Notes: generated by a model from the sequence alone, not told the origin. A stretch of DNA of 63,665 nt, filler included, from Octopus bimaculoides (GCF_001194135.2; 6 parts of 5 records of this genome joined end to end with filler, not necessarily neighbours in it); one strand, 5' to 3'. Counted from the first letter of the whole stretch, positions 50,760-63,467 are shown. A program made the numbers and translations.

Positions 50760-51311
50760 GGCCTATGCCAGGGGTGTAGACAGCCCACTTATGCGTACCT
50801 TTCCTTCATTGGACACAAAACTCCGCTTGCGAAGACCTGTTGGGGCAAGTGAAAGCGAAATCGTGATGGCACCTGTACCAGTGGAGCGCTAATAGCACCG
50901 TCCGAGCGTGATCGTTGCCAGAGCAGTTGTCTGGCTTCCGCACCAGTGGCACATAAATAGCACCATTTGAGCGTAATCGTTACCAGCGTCGCCTTCCTGG
51001 CACTTGTGCCGGTGGCACGTGAAAAGACATTCGAGCGAGGTCGTTGCCAGTGCCGCTGGACTGGCTCCTGTGCAGGTGACACATAAAATGCACTATTTTG
51101 AGCGTGGCCGTTGCCAGTACCGTCTGACCGGCCTTCGTGTCGGTGGCACGTAAAAGCACCCACTACACTCTCGGAGCGGTTCGCGTTAGGAAGGGCATCC
51201 AGCTGTAGAAACTCTGCCAAATCAGTTTGGAGCCTGGTGTAGCCATCTGGTTCACTAGTCCTCAGTCAAATCGTCCAACCCATGCTAGCTTAGAAAGCAG
51301 ACGTTAAACGA

Positions 51312-51315
<4 letters not shown>
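50760..51315 (+). mobile_element. RTE 3' UTR copy with ~70-bp internal tandem units
   Basis: About 4 units of ggtggcacgtaaaa..cac....gagcgt...cgttgccag, then the standard 3' end. Its 5' part corresponds to the RTE UTR at 57950-58040. Confidence 0.85.
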
Positions 51316-51347
<32 letters not shown>

Positions 51348-51715
51348 ACACACACTCATGTACTTGTATACATAAAGGAAGGGGCGTCAGAGTTGATTCA
51401 TCCAATTTCTCTCGGGGACACCCTTACATTATGATATGACTCTTTATTTTAATTTTCTATCCAGAAAACATTCTATCACCTTATCATCATTATAATCATC
51501 AACCACCACCATCATAAACTTCATTATCATATCTATAATAAATACTATCATCTATAAAAACTACTAATCATACTAATCATCAGAGATATTACTATGAATA
51601 GCAGTAGTAGTACCCCCTACTACCATGACCATTACTCTCTCACCACCACCACCACCACCACGAATCTCTGTCGCTATTATTAAGATTATCATCATCATCA
51701 TCATCATTATAATGA

Positions 51716-52100
51716 TCGTAAGGCAGTAAGCTGGCAGAAACGTTAGCACGCCGGGTGAAATGCTTTGCAGTATTTCGTCTGCCGTTACGTTCTGAGTTCA
51801 AATTCCGCCGAGGTCGACTTTGCCTTTCATCCTTTCGGGGGTCGATAAATTAAGTACCAGTTACGCACTGGGGTCGATGTAATCGACTTAATCCGTTCGT
51901 CTGTTCTTGTTTGTTCCCTCTATGTTTAGTCCCTTGTGGGCAATAACGAAATAGGTATTCGTCTGTCTTTAACGTCCTGAGTTCAAATTCCATCGAGGTC
52001 GACTTTGCCTTTCATCCTTTCGGGGTCGATAAATTAAGTATCAGTGGCGTACTGGGGTTGATCTGATCGACTGGCTCCCTCCACCAAAATTTCGGGCCTT
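51716..52100 (+). mobile_element. Two young tandem copies of the SINE seen at 2700-3530
   Basis: CpG-rich copies of gagttcaaattcc..cgaggtcgactttgcctttcatcctttcggggtcgataaattaagta at about 51813 and 51978. Confidence 0.85.
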
Positions 52101-52553
52101 ATGATCGTCGTCTTCTTTGTGATCTTCATATTTTTCCTCGTTAGTTGACATCATCAAAATCATCACCGTTTTTGTTATCGACTTTGTAATCATCATCATT
52201 ATGATCCTTTCACACACCTATCTTTTCACTTGTGTATAAATCATTCCATCCAATCCTATTTTTTTTTTGTCATAACTTTTTCCTTATTCCGCCACTGTCA
52301 CCATCAATACTGTTAATACTAACACAATTTTCCCTACTTCACTATACGAGTATGATGGCTACTTTTGTTCGTAGGTCTGGAAGGAAATAATAGCTTTTGC
52401 TGGACACACGTTTATTGATGTATTGACATTTAGTATTGATACTGTCACAATTCTAGCCTAAAAAGTTTTACCTCTGCGTGTGTGAGTATGAAAATATATA
52501 TGTACATATATACATATATGTAGATACATATATACGTAGATAGATACACACAC

Positions 52554-52657
<104 letters not shown>

Positions 52658-52757
52658 NNNNNNNNNNNNNNNNNNNNNNNNNNNNNNNNNNNNNNNNNNN
52701 NTTAATTAATTAANNNNNNNNNNNNNNNNNNNNNNNNNNNNNNNNNNNNNNNNNNNN

Positions 52758-52791
<34 letters not shown>

Positions 52792-52793
<2 letters not shown>

Positions 52794-53850
52794 CACTGCT
52801 GTCTTCAATTTTGTTAAAAAAGCCCAAAAAATTAATCTCGTGTGATGTGCTGGTTGCTTGGCCCTCTCTCTCTCTCTCTCTCTCTCTCTATGCCTATCTC
52901 TCGCCATGCCTCCCTCTGCCCCACTCTCTCTGAATCAGTCTTTCTCTCTCTCTCTATGCGTATCTCTCGCCATGCCTCTCTCTGCCCCACTCTCTCTGAA
53001 TCAGTCTTTCTCTCTCCTCCTCTCTATACTCGATTCCTACAGGACCCTAGCTATATATAAGAAGTCTCTCCTAATTGTCTCACAATCTATCTGCTGACAA
53101 AACTACGACGAGGTTGTCCAAAATATGTACAGCTAAGAAATTTTATTCTACTACTCCCTCCATATTTTCAACTTTTGCGCTCCCCCACCCCCCGTCCGTT
53201 CTTCATTATCTAGCTATTTCTTTCCATGTAAATCAATTGAACTCTGTTTTTGTCTTAAATTCATACTTATTTATTTTCTTTACTTTATTCAAATTTTATC
53301 GCTCCTTCCTTTAAAATTATGATTTAAGCATTTGCCGTCTCTTTCAACTACGTCTCTGATTTAGCATTTTGAACAGTTTTGTCCTAAATTCATGCTTATT
53401 TATTTTATTTTGTTTACTTAAGTTTATCGCTCCTTTTAAAATTACGATTTAAGCATCTGTTGTCTCTTTCAACCATGTTACTATTCGCTCCTTCCCTTCC
53501 TTTAGAATTAAAATTTAAGCATTGCTGTCTCTCAAATATGTTTAAGCATTTAAAACTTACGATTAAGCACTGCTGTCTTCAATTTTGTTCAAAAAAGCCC
53601 AAAGAATTAATCTCGCATGATGTGCTGGTTGCCTGGCCTTCTCTCTCTCTCTCTCTCTCTCTCTATGCCTATCTCTCGCCATGCCTCCCTCTGCCCCACT
53701 CTCTCTGAATCAGTCTCTCTCTCTCTCTCTATGCCTATCTCTCGTCATGCCTCCCTCTGCCCCACTCTCTCTGAATCAGTCTTTCTCTCTCCTCCTCTCT
53801 ATCCTCGATTCCTACAGGACCCTAGCTATATATAAGCAGTCTCTCCTGTC
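52792..53850. repeat. Local direct duplication (52792-53075 vs 53566-53850) with internal ~57-bp CT-rich units
   Basis: gcactgctgtcttcaattttgtt...ttcctacaggaccctagctatatataag is present twice with few substitutions. Confidence 0.85.
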
Positions 53851-54394
53851 CTAATGTACACGTTTTTTAATATAATACATGTAAATTTATAACTTCATCA
53901 TACCGTATATATTTACCCATTATATGTTATATCATAATGTACGTTTATATATCGTAATGTTTTAACTTAAATTGTCATATTTTTATACAACTTGGAAATT
54001 ATGCATGTTTATAAATATTTTTAAATAAATATTTTGAACATTCATGATATTTCTAAAGTTTTTATTGTTGTAGTTGCCTGTCTTTTTACCGTACATTTTA
54101 GACACTTTAGAGACTGAAAACTATAAATTTATTTATTGATTCTTGAAGGAATCGAACACACANNNNNNNNNNNNNNNNNNNNNNNNNNNNNNNNNNNNNN
54201 NNNNNNNNNNNNNNNNNNNNNNNNNNNNNNNNNNNNNNNNNNNNNNNNNNNNNNNNNNNNNNNNNNNNNNNNNNNNNNNNNNNNNNNNNNNNNNNNNNNN
54301 NNNNNNNNNNNNNNNNNNNNNNNNNNNNNNNNNNNNNNNNTATATATATGTCTGTGTATGTATGTATATATATATATGTATATATATGTCTGTG

Positions 54395-54431
<37 letters not shown>

Positions 54432-54679
54432 GTAGATATATATGTATCAAACATTTGTAGTGATCATGTACAAGCTGCCTAACCATTCTTACTCTTCCTT
54501 TCGACTCTTTTACTCTTTACTTTTTATTTTCACACATGAGCAATACCTAAGACTAGAATTGGTAACATACCATAATAATACTACCGGCTATTTGGGAATT
54601 CTAAGGGTGAATGAGCTCTGTTTGTACTCTAATACGTTCTTAACGGAACACACCTCAATTGACTCAAATACATATATAT

Positions 54680-57250
54680 AAATATTAATAAATCTTCTAT
54701 AGAAAGGACTAAAAAGGATCTACACAAATTCTTCTCAAATATGAATCTATCAATCACATTTGAAAACGCGTATAAAACGGCTTTCTAGACGTCACTCTAA
54801 ACCTATCAAACTCGCACCCCCCCACTATCATAAACCTAACCAGTACCTAAAATACCTCAATATTCACTCTAATCACCACAGATCTACTTTTGATAACATA
54901 ATCATGGGTATCTCAAACCGCATATCTGATCTATCCTCTTCCGAAGAAATCTTTAACAATCAAGCTCTCGCGGCTAGTGGTTTCTCCCAACAAATAAAAT
55001 ACATCCATAACACCAGACTTAAACAATTTATATCCCAAATCACACCCCAAAGACATACCATTAATCACAACCGCAACCAACCACCCACATATTCCAACAG
55101 ACCCAACAAACACACTTATAACACTAGGGCTAAATCTAAGATGTATAAAACAGTTAGCTACACCAAAAATGTAGACAACTGTTCTCTACCTAAATACTTA
55201 GATTACAACATACACAGAACGCCCCAAAAAAGCGGTGGCCGCTCTATACTTTGGTATACACCCCCCCTTCTCACTTAACACTAGGAACTTAGCTAAATCT
55301 TTCTTTAAAATACTTGATTCTAACTTCCCCCGACAACATAAATACCATTCTATATTCAACAGATCCACTTTGAAACTGTCGTATTCTACCACTCCTAACT
55401 TCGAATCTATTATAGCAACTTCTGATAAACATAAACTTTCGCTCTATTACCAAAACTTACACAACCATAACTATGCTAGCGCTAGCACTCGGCGCATGCA
55501 TATACCCAACATAGACATTAATATACGTTCATCTAACACTAACACTCGTGCACTTGAACAAGACCACAGTAGATCCCAACCCACTAATATACTCGATAAT
55601 AATAATACCATATCCTATAATAACAATGGTGGGACATATAACTATAACAATAATTCCATTGATCTAGATTCTTCTACATCCCCACATAACATATCCTCCA
55701 ACAATAATACCTCACCCACTAATGAACACAACCCCCAAGTCTCATCTACTTGTAACTGTCGCTCTGGGACAATCTGCCCGCTACAAACGCATTACGTAAG
55801 ATACAACGTAATATATAAATGCACTGTAAGAAATCTATTACATAACTCTACAGCTACATACATAGGTGCAACTAAAAACTTCAAACAACGCTACGCAGCC
55901 CATTTGCACTCTTTTAGATATGACAAACAGTAAATCTACAAAACTAGCCAACCACATTCATCACTTCAAAAGCACAAATACCCAGTATACTTTAAAATGG
56001 TCCATCCTGGACTCTGGAATTCCATACCAGGGCCAGCGCTCTAATTGCAAGCTTTGCTTAAAGGATGCGTTCCATATTTTAAAATACAATTCTCCCACTC
56101 TACTTAATCGATATAACGAAGCGCTTAGCACTTGCAATCACCGTTTTTTCCATAAATTTAAATTCTATCACAGACACAAATGCACAAATGACCACACAAC
56201 ATAATCACACAACTCCCTATAGGCAACCTTTTCGACCTAGCAAAATGGTCCCCCTTATACCATCTTTAGAATAGATTTATTTCTTTTTTGATCTTATCAC
56301 TACTTAATATATTTTTCCCTAATTTACTTCCTTTACACTTCCTTGCCAATAACACCACCACCGCCTGCAGGCTCCTTGTTGATAACCACATTCAACTCTT
56401 AGTAGCATCTGATCCCCCTTCTACCATCTGTAAATTAGGTTTAGCTCTATTTTGAGAATGTTACTACTAATTCTTTCTCTCTCTCCTTTATTCCTTTAAT
56501 ACTGTTTTTAGAATGTCACCCACACCCTCACCACTTATAGCCTACCTCTCTATACTACCTCCTCGCATTCCTTCTTCCTTACTAAACCTNNNNNNNNNNA
56601 CCACTTATAGCCTACCTCTCTATACTACCTCCTCGCATTCCTTCTTCCTTACTAAACCTTTAACTCTACCCCCTCTTCCTCCTTTACTCCCTATACTTTT
56701 TTTCTCTGTCCAGTCAGATTAACTGACCATAAAACCTGTCAATACCATTCCCCACCTGAATCACTTCTCTCTCCCCTTTCCTTACTGTCTTAAGACTTGA
56801 CCTATTTACCCTTCACACATCTCTCACTTGATTTGGGATATCCTTTAAGTAAACCACACGCAGTACACTCCGGACACGGTATGACATATATCCACCTTTG
56901 CTATATCAGCCTTTGCTACAACAATTATCTCTGGAAAATTCCCACAAGGATTATTTACAGGGATACTTACTACTGGAATGAAGCTACACTCCAAGTACTG
57001 TTTTTTCTTTCTTTTTTCAGCGTATTACACTCAATCTCACTTCCTACTATAACTCTCCGCTTATAGATATAATAATCGATTCCTCTACTATTTCTGTCTC
57101 CGATGAAGGGATGCATTGGATTTTCCCTGAAACAGCTGTAAGACTCTATCCATAAAATATATTTCTAGCTTTGCCATTGTTCACTTTATCCTTTTCTCTA
57201 TTTATACATACACACGCTAATACACGACTTATAATCCCCAATCCTGTTTA
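54680..57250 (+). mobile_element. Penelope-like element, 5'-truncated: RT C-terminus, GIY-YIG endonuclease (frameshifted), long tail with hammerhead
   Basis: FLDVTLNLS, YHKPN..YLNIHSNH, ISNRISDLSSSEEIF, FFKILDSNFPRQHKYHSIFNRSTLKLSYS, CNCR...CPL...VIYKC...YIGAT..FKQRYAAH..SF, KWSIL...CKLCL...LLNR. Confidence 0.9.
57096..57144 (+). ncRNA. Minimal type I hammerhead ribozyme (U4C variant) in the PLE tail
   Basis: gtct-CCGATGA-aggga(...)tccct-GAA-ACAGCTGT-A-agac. Stem I 4 bp, stem II 5 bp, palindromic stem III, GUA cleavage triplet at 57138-40. Confidence 0.75.
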
Positions 57251-57584
57251 TACAACNNNNNNNNNNNNNNNNNNNNNNNNNNNNNNNNNNNNNNNNNNNN
57301 NNNNNNNNNNNNNNNNNNNNNNNNNNNNNNNNNNNNNNNNNNNNNNNNNNNNNNNNNNNNNNNNNNNNNNNNNNNNNNNNNNNNNNNNNNNNNNNNNNNN
57401 NNNNNNNNNNNNNNNNNNNNNNNNNNNNNNNNNNNNNNNNNNNNNNNNNNNNNNNNNNNNNNNNNNNNNNNNNNNNNNNNNNNNNNNNNNNNNNNNNNNN
57501 NNNNNNNNNNNNNNNNNNNNNNNNNNNNNNNNNNNNNNNNNNNNNNNNNNNNNNNNNTATATATATGCATACATATACATCACC

Positions 57585-58610
57585 ATCGTCGTCATCGTTT
57601 AATGTCCGCTTTCCATGTTGGCATGGTTTGGATGAGGGCTGGTGAGCCAGAAGGCTGCACTAGTCTCCAATCTGATTTGACAAAGTTTCTACAGCTGGAT
57701 GCCCTTCCTAACGCCAAACACTCTGAGAGTGTAGCGGATGCTTTTACGTGCCACCGGCACAAGGGCCAGTCACGTGGTACTGGCATCGGCCACACTTAAA
57801 TGGTGCTTTTTAAGTGCCACCTGCACATGAGCCAGTCCGGCGGCACTGGCAATGACCACGCTCAAATGGTGCTTTTAACGTTCCACTGGTGTGGGTGCCA
57901 ATCAGTTGGTACTGTCGTGGACTACGAAAGTGATTTCACTTGTTTCAACAGGTCTTCGCAAGCATAGTTTACTGAAGGGTACTCTTAAATGGGCTGGTTA
58001 TACAGCACTGGCATAGGCCACAGTTATGGTCTCACTTGGCTTGTGAACCCCTACCCCTACCCAGAATTCTTCATTGTACTCATCGCCAACCCTCATCTTA
58101 CTGACAGCATCCTAGTACACGTCTTGTACAGCATTCACTAACCATTCATCTATCCCTAGTTTCCACATTGACAACCAGATAAGGAATCAGTTGACCCTGT
58201 CAGAGGCTTTCTCTATGTCAACGAATGCCAGATACAGAGTTTTACCTTTTGCTAGGTATTTCTCCTGCAGCTGTTTTACCAGAAATATAGCATCAGTTGT
58301 GCTTTTCCCTGGCACAAACCCAAACTGCATCTCATCTAGACTGACTCTCTCCCTAATTACTTGGGCTATGACCCTCTCCACTACTTTCATTGCCTGATCC
58401 AACAACTCTGTAATTATTTGTATCTAATGCGTCATCTTTACCTTTGTAGCAGTTGACTATAGCGCTGCTACACCAGTCATTGGGTATGACTCCTTCATGT
58501 ATCACCCGGTGACTAGACTATAGCCGGCACCACCAGATATTTTAAGCATCTCTGCAGTGATTCCTGATGGGCCGGGGGCTTTCCCTATCTTCATACCCTT
58601 AACTGCTTTA
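57585..58610 (-). mobile_element. RTE-clade LINE, internally deleted (RT N-terminal half joined to the 3' UTR and (GAT/GAC)n tail)
   Basis: [26 protein letters not shown]...QFGFVPGKSTTDAIF...LAFVDIEKASDRV, KLGIDEWLV...VGVH. The sequence switches abruptly to UTR near 58040. Confidence 0.9.
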
Positions 58611-58718
58611 TATACATATATATGCACATATATACATACATATATATATATATATACATACATATATATATTCATATATATATGTATACATACATATATA
58701 TACGTACATATATATACG

Positions 58719-58753
<35 letters not shown>

Positions 58754-59829
58754 CTTAATAATATAAAGCTGAAGTTGTGTATCTGTGTGAAGCCTTTTTA
58801 AAAGTTTATAGAAATCCACATTTTCAACATTTGCGTAAAACTTTTTACATCAATAGAATTTTCTCGATGTGAACTTTTCAGTGCAGTAATTAGATTTTTT
58901 AAATTCCGTTTACTTTGTGTGATTTAAGGGAGATTTGGCTGTTGTTTCTAGCAACTTTAATATTTCTTCCCTTCTACCTGGAACAGCGTTCTCACACATC
59001 GATCACGCGCTCAACATATAATATACAGAGTAAGAGTAAAAGAGGGAGAGAGAAAGTGATACATACAAAGTCATAGATTAACTTGCTTTAAGACTATTCC
59101 TTCCTTCTATCTACCTTTGCACTCTTCGTTCTTCTTGCTTTCTTCTATCCCTCTACCTCTAACATATTTTTCATAACATAGAAACGTTAAAACACACACA
59201 ACCACACATACGTAATCTGTGACAACAACATACACATAAACACATCAACATTATAGATATAAGATTTAGTTTGTGTGTTTGTTATATAAACACGCACACG
59301 CATTGCTATTTTATAACTCTTCCGTTCTCCCTTCCTCTTTTTCTCTCTCTTCATTGCTCCCGTTCTCTATTCCTTTCTTCCCCCTCTCTCTTCCTCTCTT
59401 CCTCTTCTCTCTCGCTCTCTCAAACGCATACACGCGCACGTACACACAAGCATTCACTACAATATAACTCATGTTCATCAATGTTTTGTAAATATACAAA
59501 CTACAGGACAACACATTGCAAATCAGTGAACTTCATTAAAAATTTGGATAATTTTTCAGATTAACACCCGCACGATTTTCACTAGGGTGTTAGGGTTAGG
59601 GTTCTAGGGTCAGGGTTAAACGATGATGATGATGATGATGATTAATAATGTTATGCAAAACAGCCTTCAGACATTCCCTATTAATTTCATCGTCTTCTGA
59701 ATTATGAACATATTTACATCATAAGGGTTGTTTCGTTGTAAGGCTTTCTTTTTTAGTTGATTTTCACCTAGCAAGACTTATCATAGATGGCATAAGTCAC
59801 ACCTGGACAACGTCGGGTTATACTGCTAG

Positions 59830-59866
<37 letters not shown>

Positions 59867-59986
59867 ACACACACACACACACACANNNNNNNNNNNNNNN
59901 NNNNNNNNNNNNNNNNNNNNNNNNNNNNNTTAATTAATTAANNNNNNNNNNNNNNNNNNNNNNNNNNNNNNNNNNNNNNNNNNNNG

Positions 59987-60320
59987 ATCAACGGAACAGC
60001 CTGCTCATGAAATTAACGTGCAAGTGGCTGAGCACTCCACAGACACGTGTACCCTTAACGTAGTTCTCGGGGATATTCAGCGTAACACAGTGTGACAAGG
60101 CTGACCCTTTGAATTACAGGCACAACAGAAACAGGAAGTAAGAGTGAGAGAAAGTTGTGGCGAAAGAGTACAACAGGGTTCGCCACCATCCCCTGCTGGA
60201 GCCTCGTGGAGCTTTAGGTGTTTTCGCTCAATAAACACTCACAATGCCCGGTCTGGGAATCGAAACCGCGATCCTATGACCGCGACTCCGCAGCCCTAAC
60301 CACTGGGCCATTGCGTCTCC
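59987..60320 (-). mobile_element. Young family C SINE
   Basis: Reverse complement of the family C body and tRNA-like head. Almost identical to 61245-61489. Confidence 0.85.
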
Positions 60321-60785
60321 ACACATAATACATACATACATACATACATACAAACATGCTACATACAAACATAATACATAATACATACATACATACATAC
60401 ATACATATATGCATCAATTCGTATGGCAATATACATAAAACAAAGAATACCAATCTGCACATCCCAATATTTAACGCTTACACACAAACATGCACGAATT
60501 CACTACTGATGCTGTTTAGAATTCAAGTAAATGAATCTATGATAAAAACAGACTCGTTTTTCCATTGGCGATGAAGTGAAAAATAAAACTAAATAAGAGC
60601 ATACATATATATATATATAATATGCTTTTATATATAAATGTTGGTACTCCCACTATTTTGGAAACGACTTATCCTAAATGAAACGCATTTAATTATAACT
60701 ATATTTTTACATAACACCATGGCTATATTAGTAAATCCACAAGTAATATAATATAATATAATATAATGTAATATANNNNNNNNNN

Positions 60786-60827
<42 letters not shown>

Positions 60828-60874
60828 TATTGTATCACTGCATCGACTAAACTATCGGATGTTGCTATACATAC

Positions 60875-60974
60875 CTGGTCATAGTGCGTTTTCTCATATG
60901 GTTCTGGCTTTCGAATGACGCCACCTTGCTGACTTGGACTAATGCCATTCTGTCAAAGCGTTTTCCATTTACAG
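60875..60974 (-). CDS. Well-signalled exon of an unidentified host gene (reading frame ambiguous)
   Basis: Acceptor tctctcttttgttctttacactcag|, donor cag|gtatgt, 100 nt. Open as AVNGKRFDRMALVQVSKVASFESQNHMRKRTMT. An internal AG would instead give a 75-nt phase 0-0 exon NGISPSQQGGVIRKPEPYEKTHYDQ. Confidence 0.6.
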
Positions 60975-61244
60975 CTGAGTGTAAAGAACAAAAGAGAGAG
61001 TTGACTTCCGTGGGACTCAGGAGATACAGATCAAGAATGATCACCTCAAAGCAATCTATTTGATTTTTCACAGACTCTGCAATTTAGTCGCTTGCTTTGT
61101 GATATTTTTACCTATGTGTATGTATCTCCCATTACGTATAGCCTTGTGCTCATATATGTGTAGCTGTGCGTTAACATATGGCTACATACATACATACACA
61201 CATACATACATGATACATTGTTGTTGTTGTTATTGTTGGCACTC

Positions 61245-61489
61245 CGTCGCTTACGACGTCGAGGGTTTCAGTTGATCCGATCAACGGAACAGCCTGCTCA
61301 TGAAATTAACGTGCAAGTGGCTGAGCACTCCACAGACACGTGTACCCTTAACGTAGTTCTCGGGGATATTCAGCGTAACACAGTGTGACAAGGCTGACCC
61401 TTTGAATTACAGGCACAACAGAAACAGGAAGTAAGAGTGAGAGAAAGTTGTGGCGAATGAGTACAACAGGGTTCGCCACCATCCCCTGC
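61245..61489 (-). mobile_element. Young family C SINE (truncated by a gap)
   Basis: Differs from the 59987 copy at about one visible position over ~200 bp. Confidence 0.85.
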
Positions 61490-63134
61490 NNNNNNNNNNN
61501 NNNNNNNNNNNNNNNNNNNNNNNNNNNNNNNNNTTAATTAATTAANNNNNNNNNNNNNNNNNNNNNNNNNNNNNNNNNNNNNNNNNNNNTAATCTGACAT
61601 CTTAACAAGGAACTCAGAAACCCACAACTAGCTAACATCTACCCTAATAACATAACTCACCTAATCCACCCCCTGCTCCATTCATATAAATCCAGAACTC
61701 TAATAAACCTCCTTACCAACACTATGGAAAGCGGACGGTATATGATGATGATGATGATATATATTTACACACACACATTTGTGTTTGTTTCTCAGCACTG
61801 GACAACCTGTATAAATTTGTTTATACCCAAATTATGTAATGGCCTGGTGAAAAAAAGCAACCAATTGTGAGTGTCAAACTCAAAATAAAAATTGGAATCA
61901 ATCTCACTGACTAAGAAACCCTTGAAGGATGTGCTCCAGCATAGCTTGCTATCCCATGACTGAAACAAGATTATTAAATACACATAACTGCATTCTTTTG
62001 TTTAACAACCCATATGTGTCTATATATATATATATATATATACATTTCTATATATGAAGTATAAGGAAAGGAAAAAACTGTAGGTGTAGACAATCGAAAG
62101 ATTAAGCAGGGTCTTTTCATAGATGGTTTTCAATAGAGCCATTCATAATCCAGGTTGGTACAAAACCAATACACATTCTACAAATTGTTTCAGTCTAATT
62201 TGTTTTTGCAAATACTGAATATATATTTTTTGTATATATTCTTTACTTGGACTGTACCAGCAGACTTGGATGTTTGACATCTCTTTTATTTATTTATTTA
62301 TATATATATAGACACACATACACATATAAATATATATATATTTAGAATCTAAATTAAAATGAATTATAAGAATGTTTCTTACCAACTCNNNNNNNNNNNN
62401 NNNNNNNNNNNNNNNNNNNNNNNNNNNNNNNNNNNNNNNNNNNNNNNNNNNNNNNNNNNNNNNNNNNNNNNNNNNNNNNNNNNNNNNNNNNNNNNNNNNN
62501 NNNNNNNNNNNNNNNNNNNNNNNNNNNNNNNNNNNNNNNNNNNNNNNNNNNNNNNNNNNNNNNNNNNNNNNNNNNNNNNNNNNNNNNNNNNNNNNNNNNN
62601 NNNNNNNNNNNNNNNNNNNNNNNNNNNNNNNNNNNNNNNNNNNNNNNNNNNNNNNNNNNNNNNNNNNNNNNNNNNNNNNNNNNNNNNNNNNNNNNNNNNN
62701 NNNNNNNNNNNNNNNNNNNNNNNNNNNNNNNNNNNNNNNNNNNNNNNNNNNNNNNNNNNNNNNNNNNNNNNNNNNNNNNNNNNNNNNNNNNNNNNNNNNN
62801 NNNNNNNNNNNNNNNNNNNNNNNNNNNNNNNNNNNNNNNNNNNNNNNNNNNNNNNNNNNNNNNNNNNNNNNNNNNNNNNNNNNNNNNNNNNNNNNNNNNN
62901 NNNNNNNNNNNNNNNNNNNNNNNNNNNNCGGTCCTACATCAAAAATTACTAGGTGTGTTCCACAGACCTGCCAATTCAGATATACTAGGCGTTTGCCAAG
63001 TGGAAACTGTACAGTGGACTCAAAACTGCAGTAATTTCTCACTAGTTGCACTCTGTGATAGTGGATCATGTTTCAATTATAGCTTTGTTTCTTGTAATGT
63101 TGTGCATTATAAAGATATTTTGAAGCCATTACTG

Positions 63135-63215
63135 TTACATTGCAGCAGGTTCAACTTTTTGCACAATAGCTATGTCATTTACGTTGACATTTACAGTGGT
63201 TGTTATCGTTTGAGA
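63135..63215 (-). CDS. Candidate exon following 63406 (SQTITTTVNVNVNDIAIVQKVEPAAM*)
   Basis: Acceptor ...gaatgttcccag|, phase 0, 190-nt intron. The true next exon could instead lie in the 62389-62928 gap. Confidence 0.3.
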   Translation of the reverse strand, partial: SQTITTTVNVNVNDIAIVQKVEPAAM

Positions 63216-63405
63216 CTGGGAACATTCATGAGAAAACAATGAGGCTAATCAGGATTTTCAGGACTGCATTTGTTGAGATTCAGAGCATGTTTTTATGAGA
63301 TTTTGGTGATTCATATTGTTTATATGTATGTATAATTTTTGTGCTGAGGTGTTAATAGCAAAAACTGTAAGATTCTGAAAGTCTTAATTTTTACTAAGTT
63401 CTTAC

Positions 63406-63467
63406 CTTTAAGTCAAAGAATTTTTCCAATATCTGAATTTCTTCATTAGTCCACTGGTCTTGATAAT
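63406..63467 (-). CDS. Internal coding exon xYQDQWTNEEIQILEKFFDLK, unidentified protein
   Basis: Acceptor tatttctttgcag|, donor aag|gtaaga, 62 nt, only one frame open. Confidence 0.7.

Noticed and set aside
50870-51150. Repeat-spacer-like pattern resembling a CRISPR array
   Set aside because: The 'spacers' are homologous to each other, the context is a eukaryotic LINE 3' UTR, and there are no cas genes.
56529-56660. 60-bp direct repeat
   Set aside because: The copies flank a 10-N gap, which is typical of unmerged contig overlap.
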